NCBI GenBank assembly: GCA_963667015.2
Contig: CAXXJJ010000004.1
Coordinates: 1,728,001-1,792,000 of the forward strand
Origin: Desulfatiglandales bacterium
GTDB taxonomy: Bacteria > Desulfobacterota > DSM-4660 > Desulfatiglandales > HGW-15
DNA length: 64,000 nt
Direction of reading: 5' to 3'
Shown: piece by piece, positions 10,436-20,444 of the stretch
How positions within the stretch are numbered: the first letter of the stretch is position 1
Layout of the letters: every line of letters begins with the position of its first letter
Made by a program: the position numbers and the translations under genes
Notes under the pieces: generated by a model
The model's input: the letters and a program-made list of their open reading frames with translations, nothing else
Database searches by the model: none
What the model was told of the DNA's origin: nothing

Positions 10436-10620
10436 TGATGCCTGCCATGTGAAACAGCAGAATCTTCACAAAAGGCATTAAGCACAGAGCAGATTATAGA
10501 GTTTTTCCCGTCAAGGCGTCATGAATGGTTGCCTCCATAAGGCGCCAAGACGGGAGGAAATGTTGCCTCCAGACGGGTAAATTGTCTGTCGACAGAAGAA
10601 ATAACCCCTTTTTCCTTTGT
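10436..10620 (+). ncRNA. Candidate structured RNA or sRNA in the flgE 3' region
   Basis: Two long imperfect hairpins (10436-10480, 10502-10559); two GTTGCCTCCA copies complementary to the GGAGGCAA SD of flgE and flgF; end coordinate approximate. Confidence 0.35.
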
Positions 10621-10706
10621 TGACAGACATTAACCCAACCGGAGATTTCCCTGTTTTCAAGGGAAAATAACATCTGTTTTTTGACACATCTCTATCACTA
10701 CATCTA

Positions 10707-10769
10707 ATGTCATTATTTTGACATATATTTTCGAGGTATTAGCTACGATTAAATGTCATATCTTTGACA
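10707..10769. promoter_or_regulatory. Two TGTCA-N6-TGACA palindromes (putative enhancer/operator sites)
   Basis: TGTCATTATTTTGACA (10708-10723) and TGTCATATCTTTGACA (10754-10769); an IHF consensus TATCAATATGTTA lies at 10839-10851. Confidence 0.55.
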
Positions 10770-11081
10770 CATAGAAAAATACCGGGTCATCAGGAACACC
10801 TTTTGCCCTGAAGAAACTAGACGCATTTTATCATTTAATATCAATATGTTATACTTAAGCCACAATCAACTCCTCTGTATAAAATATCAGCAACCATAAA
10901 TTATTCTTTTATCCCCTATCAGATTATCTGCTCTGGAACACATCATATATTCTTGATAAAAATATTCTTTTTGGCTGACCTTTGCCACCGGGCACACACA
11001 ACATTAATTTATACAGTTATTCCAGCATGTTAACAACACATGAGAACAGGAAATAAAAATTTATTTTTTTTAAAACCAATA

Positions 11082-11097
11082 TGGCACAGAGGTTGCT
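11082..11097 (+). promoter_or_regulatory. sigma54 promoter of the motA-fliL...fliA operon
   Basis: TGGCAC-AGAGG-TTGCT. Confidence 0.88.
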
Positions 11098-11137
11098 TTA
11101 AAATATGTAAATTTCTAGATATTTGGAGACACCTTTT

Positions 11138-11902
11138 ATGGATATCGCAACCGTTATAGGAATAGTAACTGCCTTCGCCCTGGTAATATCATCAATAATG
11201 TTCGGCGGTTCACTTGCCATGTTTATTGAAATCCGATCACTAATGATTGTTATTGGAGGGACTATCGGTGCAGCTATGATCAACTATCCTCTTCCTGATA
11301 TGTTAAAGGTGTCAAAGGTTGTTAAAAACGCATTCTTTATGAAGCCTTTTACAGCAAAGGAATTGATCACCAACTTTGTAAATCTTGCAGGAACTGCCAG
11401 AAGAGAGGGAATCCTTGCATTGGAAACCGCTTTAAACGACATAAACGATGATTTCATGAAAAAAGGGCTTCAGCTTTCAGTAGATGGCCTGGAACCTGTT
11501 TCAATAAAAGACATTCTTGATACCGAAATAGAAAATATAAAGGAAAGACATAAACTTGGAGCAGATATATTTACTACTCTCGGGACATTTGCACCTGCCA
11601 TGGGGATGGTTGGCACACTGATAGGGCTTGTTCAGATGCTTCAGACAATGGACGACCCGAGCAGTATCGGCCCGGCCATGGCGGTCGCCCTTTTAACAAC
11701 ATTCTACGGTTCAGTAATGGCGAATATTGTATGCCTTCCCATAGCAGGAAAACTCAGAACCAAGAGCACGGAAGAAGTTTTGATGAAAGGCCTGATGTCC
11801 GAGGGCATCATGTCCATAGCCAAGGGCGATAATCCCAGGCTTCTCGAACAGAAGCTGAATGCCTTTCTGGCACCGGAATTACGTGAGACGAGCTTTAAAT
11901 AA
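11138..11902 (+). CDS. motA: Flagellar stator protein MotA/PomA
   Basis: MDIATVIG start after GGAG; ARREGILALE, APAMGM.GTLIGLV.ML, ALLTTFYG. Confidence 0.96.
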   Translation: MDIATVIGIVTAFALVISSIMFGGSLAMFIEIRSLMIVIGGTIGAAMINYPLPDMLKVSKVVKNAFFMKPFTAKELITNFVNLAGTARREGILALETALNDINDDFMKKGLQLSVDGLEPVSIKDILDTEIENIKERHKLGADIFTTLGTFAPAMGMVGTLIGLVQMLQTMDDPSSIGPAMAVALLTTFYGSVMANIVCLPIAGKLRTKSTEEVLMKGLMSEGIMSIAKGDNPRLLEQKLNAFLAPELRETSFK

Positions 11903-11923
11903 TCCATCAGGAGAAATAATTAA

Positions 11924-12439
11924 ATGGCTGAAGAAAACAAAGATGAGTTAGAGCAGGAAGATAAGAAAACTCCGGCAGAGGATTCCCCTAAAAGGAAAAA
12001 GGTGCCTATAAATCTCATAGTTATCGTTATTCTTGTCCTGTGCCTTTTGGGCGGAGGCGCTTATGTGTGGAAAAGCGGATTACTTTCCGGAAACTCGGAT
12101 GAAGGCTCCCTTGAGCAGCAGGAAACTCAGCAGGAAATCGGTCCAATCTATCCACTGGAAACATTCATTGTTAATCTGGTTGGGGGTCGAGGTAAAAATT
12201 ATCTCAAGGCGAAGGTGGAACTTGAACTCGATTCCGATAAAACTGAAATAGAAATCAATAAACGGCTCCCTCAGGTCAGAGATGCAATACTGACGATGCT
12301 GAGTTCAAAATCAAATGAAGATATCAACACACTTGAGGGCAAGTTTCAATTGAGGGCTGAGATTATTACAACACTTAACCAGTTCCTGAAGACCGGCAAG
12401 ATCAGGAATGTATATTTCACGGACTTTATCGTCCAGTAA
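11924..12439 (+). CDS. fliL: Flagellar basal-body protein FliL
   Basis: Single TM, FIVNL, VRDAIL..LSSK, VYFTDFIVQ C-terminus. Confidence 0.95.
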   Translation: MAEENKDELEQEDKKTPAEDSPKRKKVPINLIVIVILVLCLLGGGAYVWKSGLLSGNSDEGSLEQQETQQEIGPIYPLETFIVNLVGGRGKNYLKAKVELELDSDKTEIEINKRLPQVRDAILTMLSSKSNEDINTLEGKFQLRAEIITTLNQFLKTGKIRNVYFTDFIVQ

Positions 12440-12477
12440 CAACCTGTTTTATGAATATTAATACCGGTAATTAAAAT

Positions 12478-13473
12478 ATGAACAAATTGTTATCACAAGA
12501 TGAAGTCGATTCTCTATTAAGAGGCCTGGATACTGGAGACATAGGCGGTAACGATGATTTTGATATCTCATCGAATGACAATGTGGAAGTTGATTCCTTT
12601 GACTGGGCCACCGCAGGCCTGAATGTCAGGGGCAATATGCCCCTCCTCGAGGTGGTAAATACCAGGTTTGCCCATAAGTTGAGAGGAAGTCTTTCAAACT
12701 CTCTGAGAAAGATGCTGGATGTTACTCCCGACCCAATTGAAACTGTCAAATACAGTGATTTTCAGCGCTCCCTTCCGGTCCCTACGAGCATGCATCTGTT
12801 TAAAATAGAACCTTTAAGGGGCCTGGGAATAATCGTTGTAGAAAGCAGGCTTGTATTCAGTCTTGTGGAGGCATATTTCGGAGGAAAAGGGGTCGGAGCC
12901 ACAAAGATCGAAGGAAGAGAATTCACTTCAATCGAAAACAGGATAATTGATAAGGTTGTTCACATGGCTCTGCATAACCTCGTAGAGGCATGGGAAGATG
13001 TCCATCCAATAAAAACAGAGTTTGTAAGATCGGAAAGCAATCCTCTTGTTGTAAACGTTATCCCCGGTGAAGAACTGCTTATATCAACAAAATTTGAAGT
13101 CGAGCTGACCAAGGTACTCGGCAATGTTATCATATGTGTTCCCTATGCATCATATCAGCCGATTCGGCATAAACTTGCGGGCAACTATAGAGATGAAGAA
13201 GAGCCGACACAGCTTGACAGGGCCTGGATCGAAGGCATGGAGAGGCAATTGAGGGGAACAGAAGTCACAATGAATATTGATCTCGGCAACGCGGCGCTCT
13301 CGGTTGGCGATTTCTTAAATCTTAGAGAAGGGGACATCCTGATTCTTGATAAAAATTATCAGCAGCCTTTAATAGCTCAGGTTGAGGATGTAAAACTTTT
13401 CGAAGGCTATGCAGGCAGATATAAGAATAAAAAGGTCTTCAAGGTAGAACGACCTTATATTGAGCAGGTATAA
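12478..13473 (+). CDS. fliM: Flagellar motor switch protein FliM
   Basis: N-terminal LSQDEVDSLL CheY-binding motif, GREFT.IE, C-terminal SpoA domain. Confidence 0.97.
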   Translation: MNKLLSQDEVDSLLRGLDTGDIGGNDDFDISSNDNVEVDSFDWATAGLNVRGNMPLLEVVNTRFAHKLRGSLSNSLRKMLDVTPDPIETVKYSDFQRSLPVPTSMHLFKIEPLRGLGIIVVESRLVFSLVEAYFGGKGVGATKIEGREFTSIENRIIDKVVHMALHNLVEAWEDVHPIKTEFVRSESNPLVVNVIPGEELLISTKFEVELTKVLGNVIICVPYASYQPIRHKLAGNYRDEEEPTQLDRAWIEGMERQLRGTEVTMNIDLGNAALSVGDFLNLREGDILILDKNYQQPLIAQVEDVKLFEGYAGRYKNKKVFKVERPYIEQV

Positions 13474-13507
13474 AAGTAAAGACACTTAATAAAGAGAGGT
13501 CTTATTT

Positions 13508-13858
13508 ATGAGCAATGACAATTTAATGGACGACAGTCAAATGATGTCGGGAGGGATGGACTTGACAGAGCTTGAACCCGGAATGGGTCTGGGTAACGAC
13601 AGAAATATGGACTTCCTGCTGGATATCCCACTGGATATTTCGGTTGAACTTGGGAAGGCTAAAATAAAAATCGGTGATCTTCTGAAATTGAGCCAGGGAT
13701 CGGTTGTGGAACTGAACAGGTTGACAGATGAGCCCCTTGAGATTTTTGTCAACAAAAAACTAATGGCTCATGGTGAAGTCGTAGTTGTCAATGAAAAATT
13801 CGGAATCAGGCTTACCAACATTATCAGCCCCGGAGAAAGGGTTAAAAACCTTACCTGA
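13508..13858 (+). CDS. fliN: Flagellar motor switch protein FliN
   Basis: LLDIPLDISVELG...GEVVVVNEKFGIRLT. Confidence 0.97.
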   Translation: MSNDNLMDDSQMMSGGMDLTELEPGMGLGNDRNMDFLLDIPLDISVELGKAKIKIGDLLKLSQGSVVELNRLTDEPLEIFVNKKLMAHGEVVVVNEKFGIRLTNIISPGERVKNLT

Positions 13859-13893
13859 TACCTTTTTCAGGCCTTAATCATCGGAGATACCAA

Positions 13894-14280
13894 TTGGATA
13901 CTGACTTCAATATGCTTTCATTAAAACTGGCAATTTTTCTCATGGGCATGTTTGCCCTGATGATACTGTTTTTCTTCTTCATCAAACGGATAAAGGGAGG
14001 ATCATTTTCCATGGGAAAATCTCCTGCAATGAAAAACCTTGCCACACTCTCCCTCGGGCCTAAAAAATCACTGGCACTTATTGAGGTCTGTGAGCAATGG
14101 CTGCTGGTTGGTGTGGGGGCTGAAAATATTTCCCTGATATCAAAAATAGATAAACCATCCGATTATGGTCAGTTTGTTAACAATCTTCCCCAGGAAGGAA
14201 ATCTATTTGAGTCTTTTTTATCAAAAGCCGGGCTAAAACATAAAGCCCCTGATGGCAGCAGTAAAAAAAATGAAAATTAA
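13894..14280 (+). CDS. fliO: Flagellar biosynthesis protein FliO
   Basis: N-terminal TM, LSLGPKKSLALIEV.EQ.LLVGV...I.LI; between fliN and fliP. Confidence 0.88.
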   Translation: MDTDFNMLSLKLAIFLMGMFALMILFFFFIKRIKGGSFSMGKSPAMKNLATLSLGPKKSLALIEVCEQWLLVGVGAENISLISKIDKPSDYGQFVNNLPQEGNLFESFLSKAGLKHKAPDGSSKKNEN

Positions 14281-15037
14281 AATTAAACATCTCACAGTAA
14301 TTTCAATAATACTGGGCCTTGGACTCTTTGTGCTGGCTTCAACAGCGGCAGCACAGGCACCTTCCCTTCCAACCCTTACTGTAGGTGTTGGACAGGCAGA
14401 CAGCCCCGAAAAGGTTTCCACACTGCTCCAGGTTCTCTTTCTCCTTACAGTTTTATCCCTTGCCCCTGCAATCGTGGTAATGATGACTTCATTCACCAGA
14501 TTTGCAATAGTCCTGTCACTTGTCAGGCATGCACTCGGGACGCAGCAGATGCCTCCGAACCAGATAATTGTCGGACTGGCTCTATTGCTTACATTTTTCT
14601 TAATGACCCCGGTATTCAACCAGATTAACGATGAAGCGCTTCAACCCTATCTCGCAGAAGAGATCTCTCAGCAGGATGCACTGGATAAGGCACTAAAACC
14701 CATAAGAGCCTTTATGCTTAAACAGACAAGAAAAAAAGACCTCAGCCTTTTTATTGATATTGCCAAGCTGGACAAGCCGAACAGTTACGATGAAATACCG
14801 ACTATCGTTGTACTTTCCTCCTTTGTAATCAGCGAGCTCAAGACAGCTTTTCAGATAGGATTCGTAATATACATTCCCTTTCTTGTCATTGACATGGTTG
14901 TGGCAAGTGTTCTGCTGTCAATGGGCATGATGATGCTGCCGCCTTTTATGGTATCACTGCCCTTCAAGCTGATGCTCTTTGTCCTCATTGACGGCTGGAA
15001 CATCCTGATAGGATCCATGATCAAAAGTTTTTTATAA
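14252..15037 (+). CDS. fliP: Flagellar export gate protein FliP (start may be 14270)
   Basis: MMTSFTR, QQMPPNQ, SELKTAFQIGF, MGMMMLPP, FVL.DGW. Confidence 0.98.
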   Translation: MAAVKKMKIKIKHLTVISIILGLGLFVLASTAAAQAPSLPTLTVGVGQADSPEKVSTLLQVLFLLTVLSLAPAIVVMMTSFTRFAIVLSLVRHALGTQQMPPNQIIVGLALLLTFFLMTPVFNQINDEALQPYLAEEISQQDALDKALKPIRAFMLKQTRKKDLSLFIDIAKLDKPNSYDEIPTIVVLSSFVISELKTAFQIGFVIYIPFLVIDMVVASVLLSMGMMMLPPFMVSLPFKLMLFVLIDGWNILIGSMIKSFL

Positions 15038-15047
15038 GGATAATAAT

Positions 15048-15320
15048 ATGACATCTGAATTTGTAATAAGTCTTGGAAGTGAAGCCATCAAACTTACCCT
15101 GATGGTATCTCTCCCCCTCCTTGGGGTAGGACTTGTCGTGGGATTACTTGTCGCAGTACTTCAAGCAACCACACAGGTACAGGAGATGACCCTGTCATTT
15201 GTGCCTAAAATTATTGCGGTGCTCTTAACCCTGCTGGCAGCAGCACCATGGATAATTCAAAAGGTCGCCTTTTTTACCAGCAACCTGATACAGAGCATCC
15301 CTGAAATTATCAGGCCATAA
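15048..15320 (+). CDS. fliQ: Flagellar export gate protein FliQ
   Basis: QATTQVQEMTLSFVPK motif. Confidence 0.97.
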   Translation: MTSEFVISLGSEAIKLTLMVSLPLLGVGLVVGLLVAVLQATTQVQEMTLSFVPKIIAVLLTLLAAAPWIIQKVAFFTSNLIQSIPEIIRP

Positions 15321-15323
15321 AGG

Positions 15324-16097
15324 ATGTCAATTCCACTTGAAACATTCGAACAGTTGCAGGGTTTTCTATGGGTACTTATCCGGGTCAGCACACTGTTCTT
15401 TCTGCTCCCTCTTTTCGGGGCAAGAAATATCCCTTCATTGTGGAAGGCTGGGCTCTCCTTTGTAATTGCCATTGTTCTTACCCCTGTTGTTCCAGTGCCG
15501 GTTAATCTTCCCACTTCGGCGCCCGGAATAATTATCGGTATATCAGCTGAAGTGCTTATGGGATTTATCCTGTCCCTGACAATAAGGATGTTCCTGTCAG
15601 CCAGTGAGATGGCCGGGCAGTTCATGAGTTTCCAGATGGGATTTTCAATGGCCCGAGCGGTAGACCCGCAGACAGGCAGTCCGAGTACTGTGCTTACACA
15701 GTTTCTTTATATCTTTACCCTGCTCCTTTTCTTTTCCATGAACGGGCACCACATGTTTATAAAGATTATGGCCAGTTCCTTCTATTCCGTTCCTCCCAAC
15801 AGCATAAGCTTTCAGGCTACAATCGGCAAGGAACTGATAACGGCAGGAGCAAGCATGTTTGTACTGGGGATCAAGATTGCAGCCCCTATTATGGTTGCAC
15901 TCTTCCTCTCAAATCTTTGTCTTGGCATCATTGCCAGAACCGTACCCCAGGTAAACATCCTCATGGTCGGTTTTCCTATAAACCTTTGTATCGGGCTTAT
16001 ACTCTTCTGTCTTATCCTGATGAATATCTACCCGCTTATTTTTGATATTAAAAACACCATGGGCGAAAGCCTGATTAGATTACTGAGGCTAATGTAG
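15324..16097 (+). CDS. fliR: Flagellar export gate protein FliR
   Basis: Polytopic membrane protein; AGQ..SFQMGF...DP, RTVPQVNI..VGFP. Confidence 0.96.
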   Translation: MSIPLETFEQLQGFLWVLIRVSTLFFLLPLFGARNIPSLWKAGLSFVIAIVLTPVVPVPVNLPTSAPGIIIGISAEVLMGFILSLTIRMFLSASEMAGQFMSFQMGFSMARAVDPQTGSPSTVLTQFLYIFTLLLFFSMNGHHMFIKIMASSFYSVPPNSISFQATIGKELITAGASMFVLGIKIAAPIMVALFLSNLCLGIIARTVPQVNILMVGFPINLCIGLILFCLILMNIYPLIFDIKNTMGESLIRLLRLM

Positions 16098-16104
16098 GGA
16101 AATT

Positions 16105-17175
16105 ATGGCAGAAGACAGTTTCCAGGACAAAACCGAGCCGGCGTCCCCGAAAAAGAAGGAGGACGCCCGAAAAAAAGGTGATATCGCTAAAAGCAGGGAA
16201 TTATCATCAACAGCGATACTGACCGCAGGAATAATCTTCATGTTCTTTAATGCTAAAGACATGACAATGACCCTGGGGAATAATATAAGAAAAAGCCTCT
16301 CACAGATTCCGGAAATTATTGCAAGTAAAGATTTTACTCCTGCTATTGTCTCGGGAGTTATAACCGATTTTCTACTTTTAATTGCACCCATTATGATCGT
16401 ACTGATGGTAGTGTCAATTTTAACCAATTTACTTCAAACAGGCATAATTTTCAGTGTCGAACCCTTGACACCGAAGGCGTCAAAAATAGACCCAATAAAG
16501 GGCCTGGGAAGGGTATTTTCAAAGAGATCCCTGGTTGAACTGGCCAAATCCATATTAAAAATTATCATTGTCGGCGGTGTAGCATTCTATGCATTAAAAG
16601 ATGAAGTTTCCAGGATGATACCCCTGATATTCCAGGAAAATGCCCAGATATTTGCACTCCTTGGAGAACTGGCCTTTAAGGTGCTCGTAAGATGCTGCTG
16701 CGTTATTATGGTTCTTGCTATCCTGGATTTCGTGTACCAGAAATGGGAACATGAACAGAAGCTCAAGATGACAAAACAGGAAGTCAAGGATGAATTCAGG
16801 CAGTCTGAAGGGGATCCCATGGTAAAATCACGCATAAGGTCTATCCAGAGGGAAATGGCCAGACGCAGGATGATGGAAGAGGTTCCCAAGGCTGATGTAA
16901 TTATTACAAACCCGACTCATCTCTCAATTGCCCTTAAGTACAAACCGGGTGAAGGTATGACTGCACCGTTGATCGTGGCAAAAGGTGCGAACAATATTGC
17001 ATTCAAGATCAGGGAAATAGCAACAACGCATAATATACCCATGGTGGAAAACAAACCCTTGGCACAGAACTTGTATAAATTGGAAATAGGAACAGAAATA
17101 CCTCCGCAATTTTACCAGGCCATAGCAGAAATTCTCGCTTATGTATATGGCCTGAAAAAAAGGAAAACTGCCTGA
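16105..17175 (+). CDS. flhB: Flagellar export switch protein FlhB
   Basis: KTE.AS.KK, EGDP.VK.RIR and NPTH autocleavage motif. Confidence 0.98.
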   Translation: MAEDSFQDKTEPASPKKKEDARKKGDIAKSRELSSTAILTAGIIFMFFNAKDMTMTLGNNIRKSLSQIPEIIASKDFTPAIVSGVITDFLLLIAPIMIVLMVVSILTNLLQTGIIFSVEPLTPKASKIDPIKGLGRVFSKRSLVELAKSILKIIIVGGVAFYALKDEVSRMIPLIFQENAQIFALLGELAFKVLVRCCCVIMVLAILDFVYQKWEHEQKLKMTKQEVKDEFRQSEGDPMVKSRIRSIQREMARRRMMEEVPKADVIITNPTHLSIALKYKPGEGMTAPLIVAKGANNIAFKIREIATTHNIPMVENKPLAQNLYKLEIGTEIPPQFYQAIAEILAYVYGLKKRKTA

Positions 17176-17251
17176 TCGTTGAACATTTTATTTAAAGGCT
17201 AAGTATTTGAAGCTTTTTAATTTTACTTTAAATTCGATTTAAGGATTATAT

Positions 17252-19327
17252 ATGGAAGCAGCAGGAAAAACTCAGTTCTCAATATTTGCCAACCTGGATA
17301 TAGGTGTTGCAATCGGGATCATGGGAATACTCATGATTATGATTATTCCTCTTCCCACAATGATGCTTGATCTTTTCCTGGCATTAAACATCACTCTCGC
17401 TGTCCTGATCATCCTTGTAACGATATATGCATCCAGACCCCTGGATTTTTCGGTTTTTCCATCACTTCTTCTGATCACTACCCTCTTCAGGCTGTCGCTT
17501 AATATTGCATCGACACGCCTGATCCTTCTTGAAGGACATACAGGCGCAAATGCTGCCGGGGAAGTCATAAACAGTTTCGGGTCCTTTGTAGTCGGCGGAA
17601 ACCCGACTGTAGGTCTTGTTGTATTTGTAATCCTCGTTATCATCAACTTTGTAGTAATAACCAAAGGTTCCGGAAGAATTGCCGAAGTATCGGCCCGGTT
17701 TACCCTTGATGCAATGCCCGGTAAACAGATGGCAATTGATGCTGACCTGAACGCGGGCTTAATAGATGAGGCTGAAGCAAGGAGCAGACGTTCGTCAATA
17801 GCAAGGGAAGCCGAATTTTACGGCGCCATGGACGGCGCGAGCAAATTTGTTCGTGGTGATGCAATCGCGGGAATTATAATTACCATGATCAATATCATAG
17901 GCGGCCTTATAATAGGAGTTCTTCAGAAGGATCTCACTCTGGCAAAAGCAGTCGAAAACTATACACTGCTTACCATAGGTGATGGTCTCGTTTCACAGAT
18001 CCCGGCCCTTATAATATCAACCGGCGCAGGTATCCTTGTAAGCAGGGCCTCATCCGAGGGAAAGAATATTGGTGCTGAAATGGCAAGCCAGATAGGGTTT
18101 CAGCCAAGGGCACTTGTAATTGCATCATGTATAGTCCTGCTTTTCGGTTTTGCCCCAGGCATGCCGCTTATCCCCTTTGCGCTGCTGGCTGCAGTTATCT
18201 TTTTTGTCTCAAGGAGTATTAAACAGAAACAGGCTGAAGAAAGGGATGAAGCTTTACCGGCACCTGAAGAGGAGGCCGCCGCACAGGGACCGGAAGATAT
18301 CCAGCGTCTTCTGCCGCTTGACAGTCTTGAAATGGAAATCGGTTACGGGCTCATAACCATTGTCGATGATAAAACACAGGGCAACCTGCTTGACCGGATA
18401 CGAGCCCTGAGAAAACAGTTTGCCGTAGACATGGGAATGATAATTCCTTCTATACATATACGGGACAACCTGGAACTGAGACCTAATGAGTATGCATTCT
18501 GCATTAAAGGCAATGAAGTTGCCAAGGGAGAAATAATGGCGGATCACCTGCTGGCCATCAATCCCGGAGACGCCAAAATGAAACTTGAAGGGATACAGAC
18601 CAGGGATCCAGCCTTTGGACTTCCGGCAGTCTGGATTGACCCCGAAAAGAAATCCGAGGCCCAGCTTGCCGAGTATACTGTTGTTGAACCTGCCAGCGTA
18701 ATAACAACTCACCTTTCTGAGGTCGTAAGGCAGCATGGATATGAGTTCCTGGGAAGACAGGAAGTACAGAGCCTTATGGATAATGTATCCAAGACCGATC
18801 CAAAGGTCATAGAAGAACTGACGCCCGGTCTTTTAAACCTGGGAGCAATCCAGAAGGTACTTCAGAACCTTGTTCGCGAACAGGTATCCATAAGGGATAT
18901 CCTTACAATAATCGAAACACTGGCAGATTATGCGCCATTGACCAAGGATACGGATATCCTGACGGAATATGTAAGGCAGAGGCTCTCACGAACAATTACA
19001 AAACCTTACATTGAAGGAAAAAAGACATTAAAGGTATTAAATATCAAACCGTCTATTGAAGAACTTATTTCAAAAGGAATCAACCAGACGGATTTTGGGG
19101 CATATCTCGCCCTTGGACCAAGCGAGGCAAACAAAATAATCCACCATGTTAAAAAATCACTGGATGATGTTGCAGCCAAGATTGAACAGCCTGTTATCTT
19201 ATGCTCAACAACTGTGAGAAGACACCTTAAAAAATTGTGTGACAGCTTTCAGATAAACGTTGCTGTATTTTCCCATAATGAAATACCCGGGGGGCTGCAG
19301 GTTCAGTCCCTGGGAGAAATAGGTTAA
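17252..19327 (+). CDS. flhA: Flagellar export protein FlhA
   Basis: FHIPEP signature RIAEVSARFTLDAMPGKQMAIDADL; EFYGAMDGASKFVRGDA. Confidence 0.99.
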   Translation: MEAAGKTQFSIFANLDIGVAIGIMGILMIMIIPLPTMMLDLFLALNITLAVLIILVTIYASRPLDFSVFPSLLLITTLFRLSLNIASTRLILLEGHTGANAAGEVINSFGSFVVGGNPTVGLVVFVILVIINFVVITKGSGRIAEVSARFTLDAMPGKQMAIDADLNAGLIDEAEARSRRSSIAREAEFYGAMDGASKFVRGDAIAGIIITMINIIGGLIIGVLQKDLTLAKAVENYTLLTIGDGLVSQIPALIISTGAGILVSRASSEGKNIGAEMASQIGFQPRALVIASCIVLLFGFAPGMPLIPFALLAAVIFFVSRSIKQKQAEERDEALPAPEEEAAAQGPEDIQRLLPLDSLEMEIGYGLITIVDDKTQGNLLDRIRALRKQFAVDMGMIIPSIHIRDNLELRPNEYAFCIKGNEVAKGEIMADHLLAINPGDAKMKLEGIQTRDPAFGLPAVWIDPEKKSEAQLAEYTVVEPASVITTHLSEVVRQHGYEFLGRQEVQSLMDNVSKTDPKVIEELTPGLLNLGAIQKVLQNLVREQVSIRDILTIIETLADYAPLTKDTDILTEYVRQRLSRTITKPYIEGKKTLKVLNIKPSIEELISKGINQTDFGAYLALGPSEANKIIHHVKKSLDDVAAKIEQPVILCSTTVRRHLKKLCDSFQINVAVFSHNEIPGGLQVQSLGEIG

Positions 19328-19331
19328 ATAA

Positions 19332-20444
19332 ATGAACATTCGAAAATTCACAGCCCGCAACTCCGGTGAAGCCTTAAAAATGGTTAAAAAGGAAATGGGA
19401 GAGGATGCGGTTATCCTAAGGACAAAGACATTACCCGGACAGGGTATTGAAGTAACTGCGGCAGTTGATTATGAGACGCAACCGATTAAACAGGGAATGG
19501 ATGTAAATAATGAGATAAAGGAACTTGGAAGAGAATTGAGGGAGATAAAGGAAGCGCTGCTCTTCTCCGATGCAGGCCGGGTTCTTGATCCGGAGCTCTA
19601 TTTCAACAATGAACTCAGGGAAAGATATACGCACCTGAAGACATTCGGTCTTAACCAGAACCTTATCCGGAAATTCATGACTGAAAACCACGCTGATGCC
19701 CCGGGAAAAAACCAGGACAGATCGCGTCTTCTTCAGGACTCTTTAATGAAGGTTCTGACCAAAATAAAAACAAGCAGTGACAGGGATACTTCAAAGGAAC
19801 AAAGGATATATACATTTATCGGACCTACAGGCGTAGGAAAGACAACAACGCTTGCAAAGCTTGCGGCCCAGAGCGCTCTGCAGAACGGCATGAAATCGGC
19901 ATTGATCACCCTGGACACCTTTCGGATCGCCGCGGCGGCACAACTGGATGCCTATGCCAGGATTATGGGCCTGCCGGTAGAGGTTGTTGTAAGTGGAAAG
20001 GACCTTCAGAAGGCAATAAGAAAATACAGTGATTATGACAGGATATTCATTGATACTGCAGGTAGAAGCCCGAATGGCGACCAGGGCAATAATGATCTCC
20101 TGAAACTCTTTAAAGACCATAAGAATGTGCATGGATTTCTGGTAATGAGCGCAACAACTCAGTATAAGAACATGATCAATACATCTGACAGGTTTGAAAA
20201 CCTGCCCTTTCATAGTTACATCTTTTCAAAACTGGATGAAACGGAAGATTTATCACCCATGATAAACTTCCTTATAGCAAAAGAAAAACCGGTCTCATAT
20301 TTTACTACCGGACAGCAGGTTCCGGAGGATATAGAGATTGCTTCAAAGAAAAAAATGGCCTCTTTTCTGCTGTCAGGCATAAGAGAGGAATCAAATACAG
20401 GAATTAATAAGGGGTATTATAATGGATCAAGCTGCAGGTCTTAG
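19332..20444 (+). CDS. flhF: SRP-type GTPase FlhF
   Basis: GPTGVGKTTTLAKLAA, DTAGRS, KLDET, GQQVPEDI. Confidence 0.97.
   Translation: MNIRKFTARNSGEALKMVKKEMGEDAVILRTKTLPGQGIEVTAAVDYETQPIKQGMDVNNEIKELGRELREIKEALLFSDAGRVLDPELYFNNELRERYTHLKTFGLNQNLIRKFMTENHADAPGKNQDRSRLLQDSLMKVLTKIKTSSDRDTSKEQRIYTFIGPTGVGKTTTLAKLAAQSALQNGMKSALITLDTFRIAAAAQLDAYARIMGLPVEVVVSGKDLQKAIRKYSDYDRIFIDTAGRSPNGDQGNNDLLKLFKDHKNVHGFLVMSATTQYKNMINTSDRFENLPFHSYIFSKLDETEDLSPMINFLIAKEKPVSYFTTGQQVPEDIEIASKKKMASFLLSGIREESNTGINKGYYNGSSCRS

Noticed and set aside
10972..10986. TGGCTGACCTTTGCC as an extra sigma54 promoter
   Set aside because: GG-to-GC spacing is 9 nt rather than the required 10.
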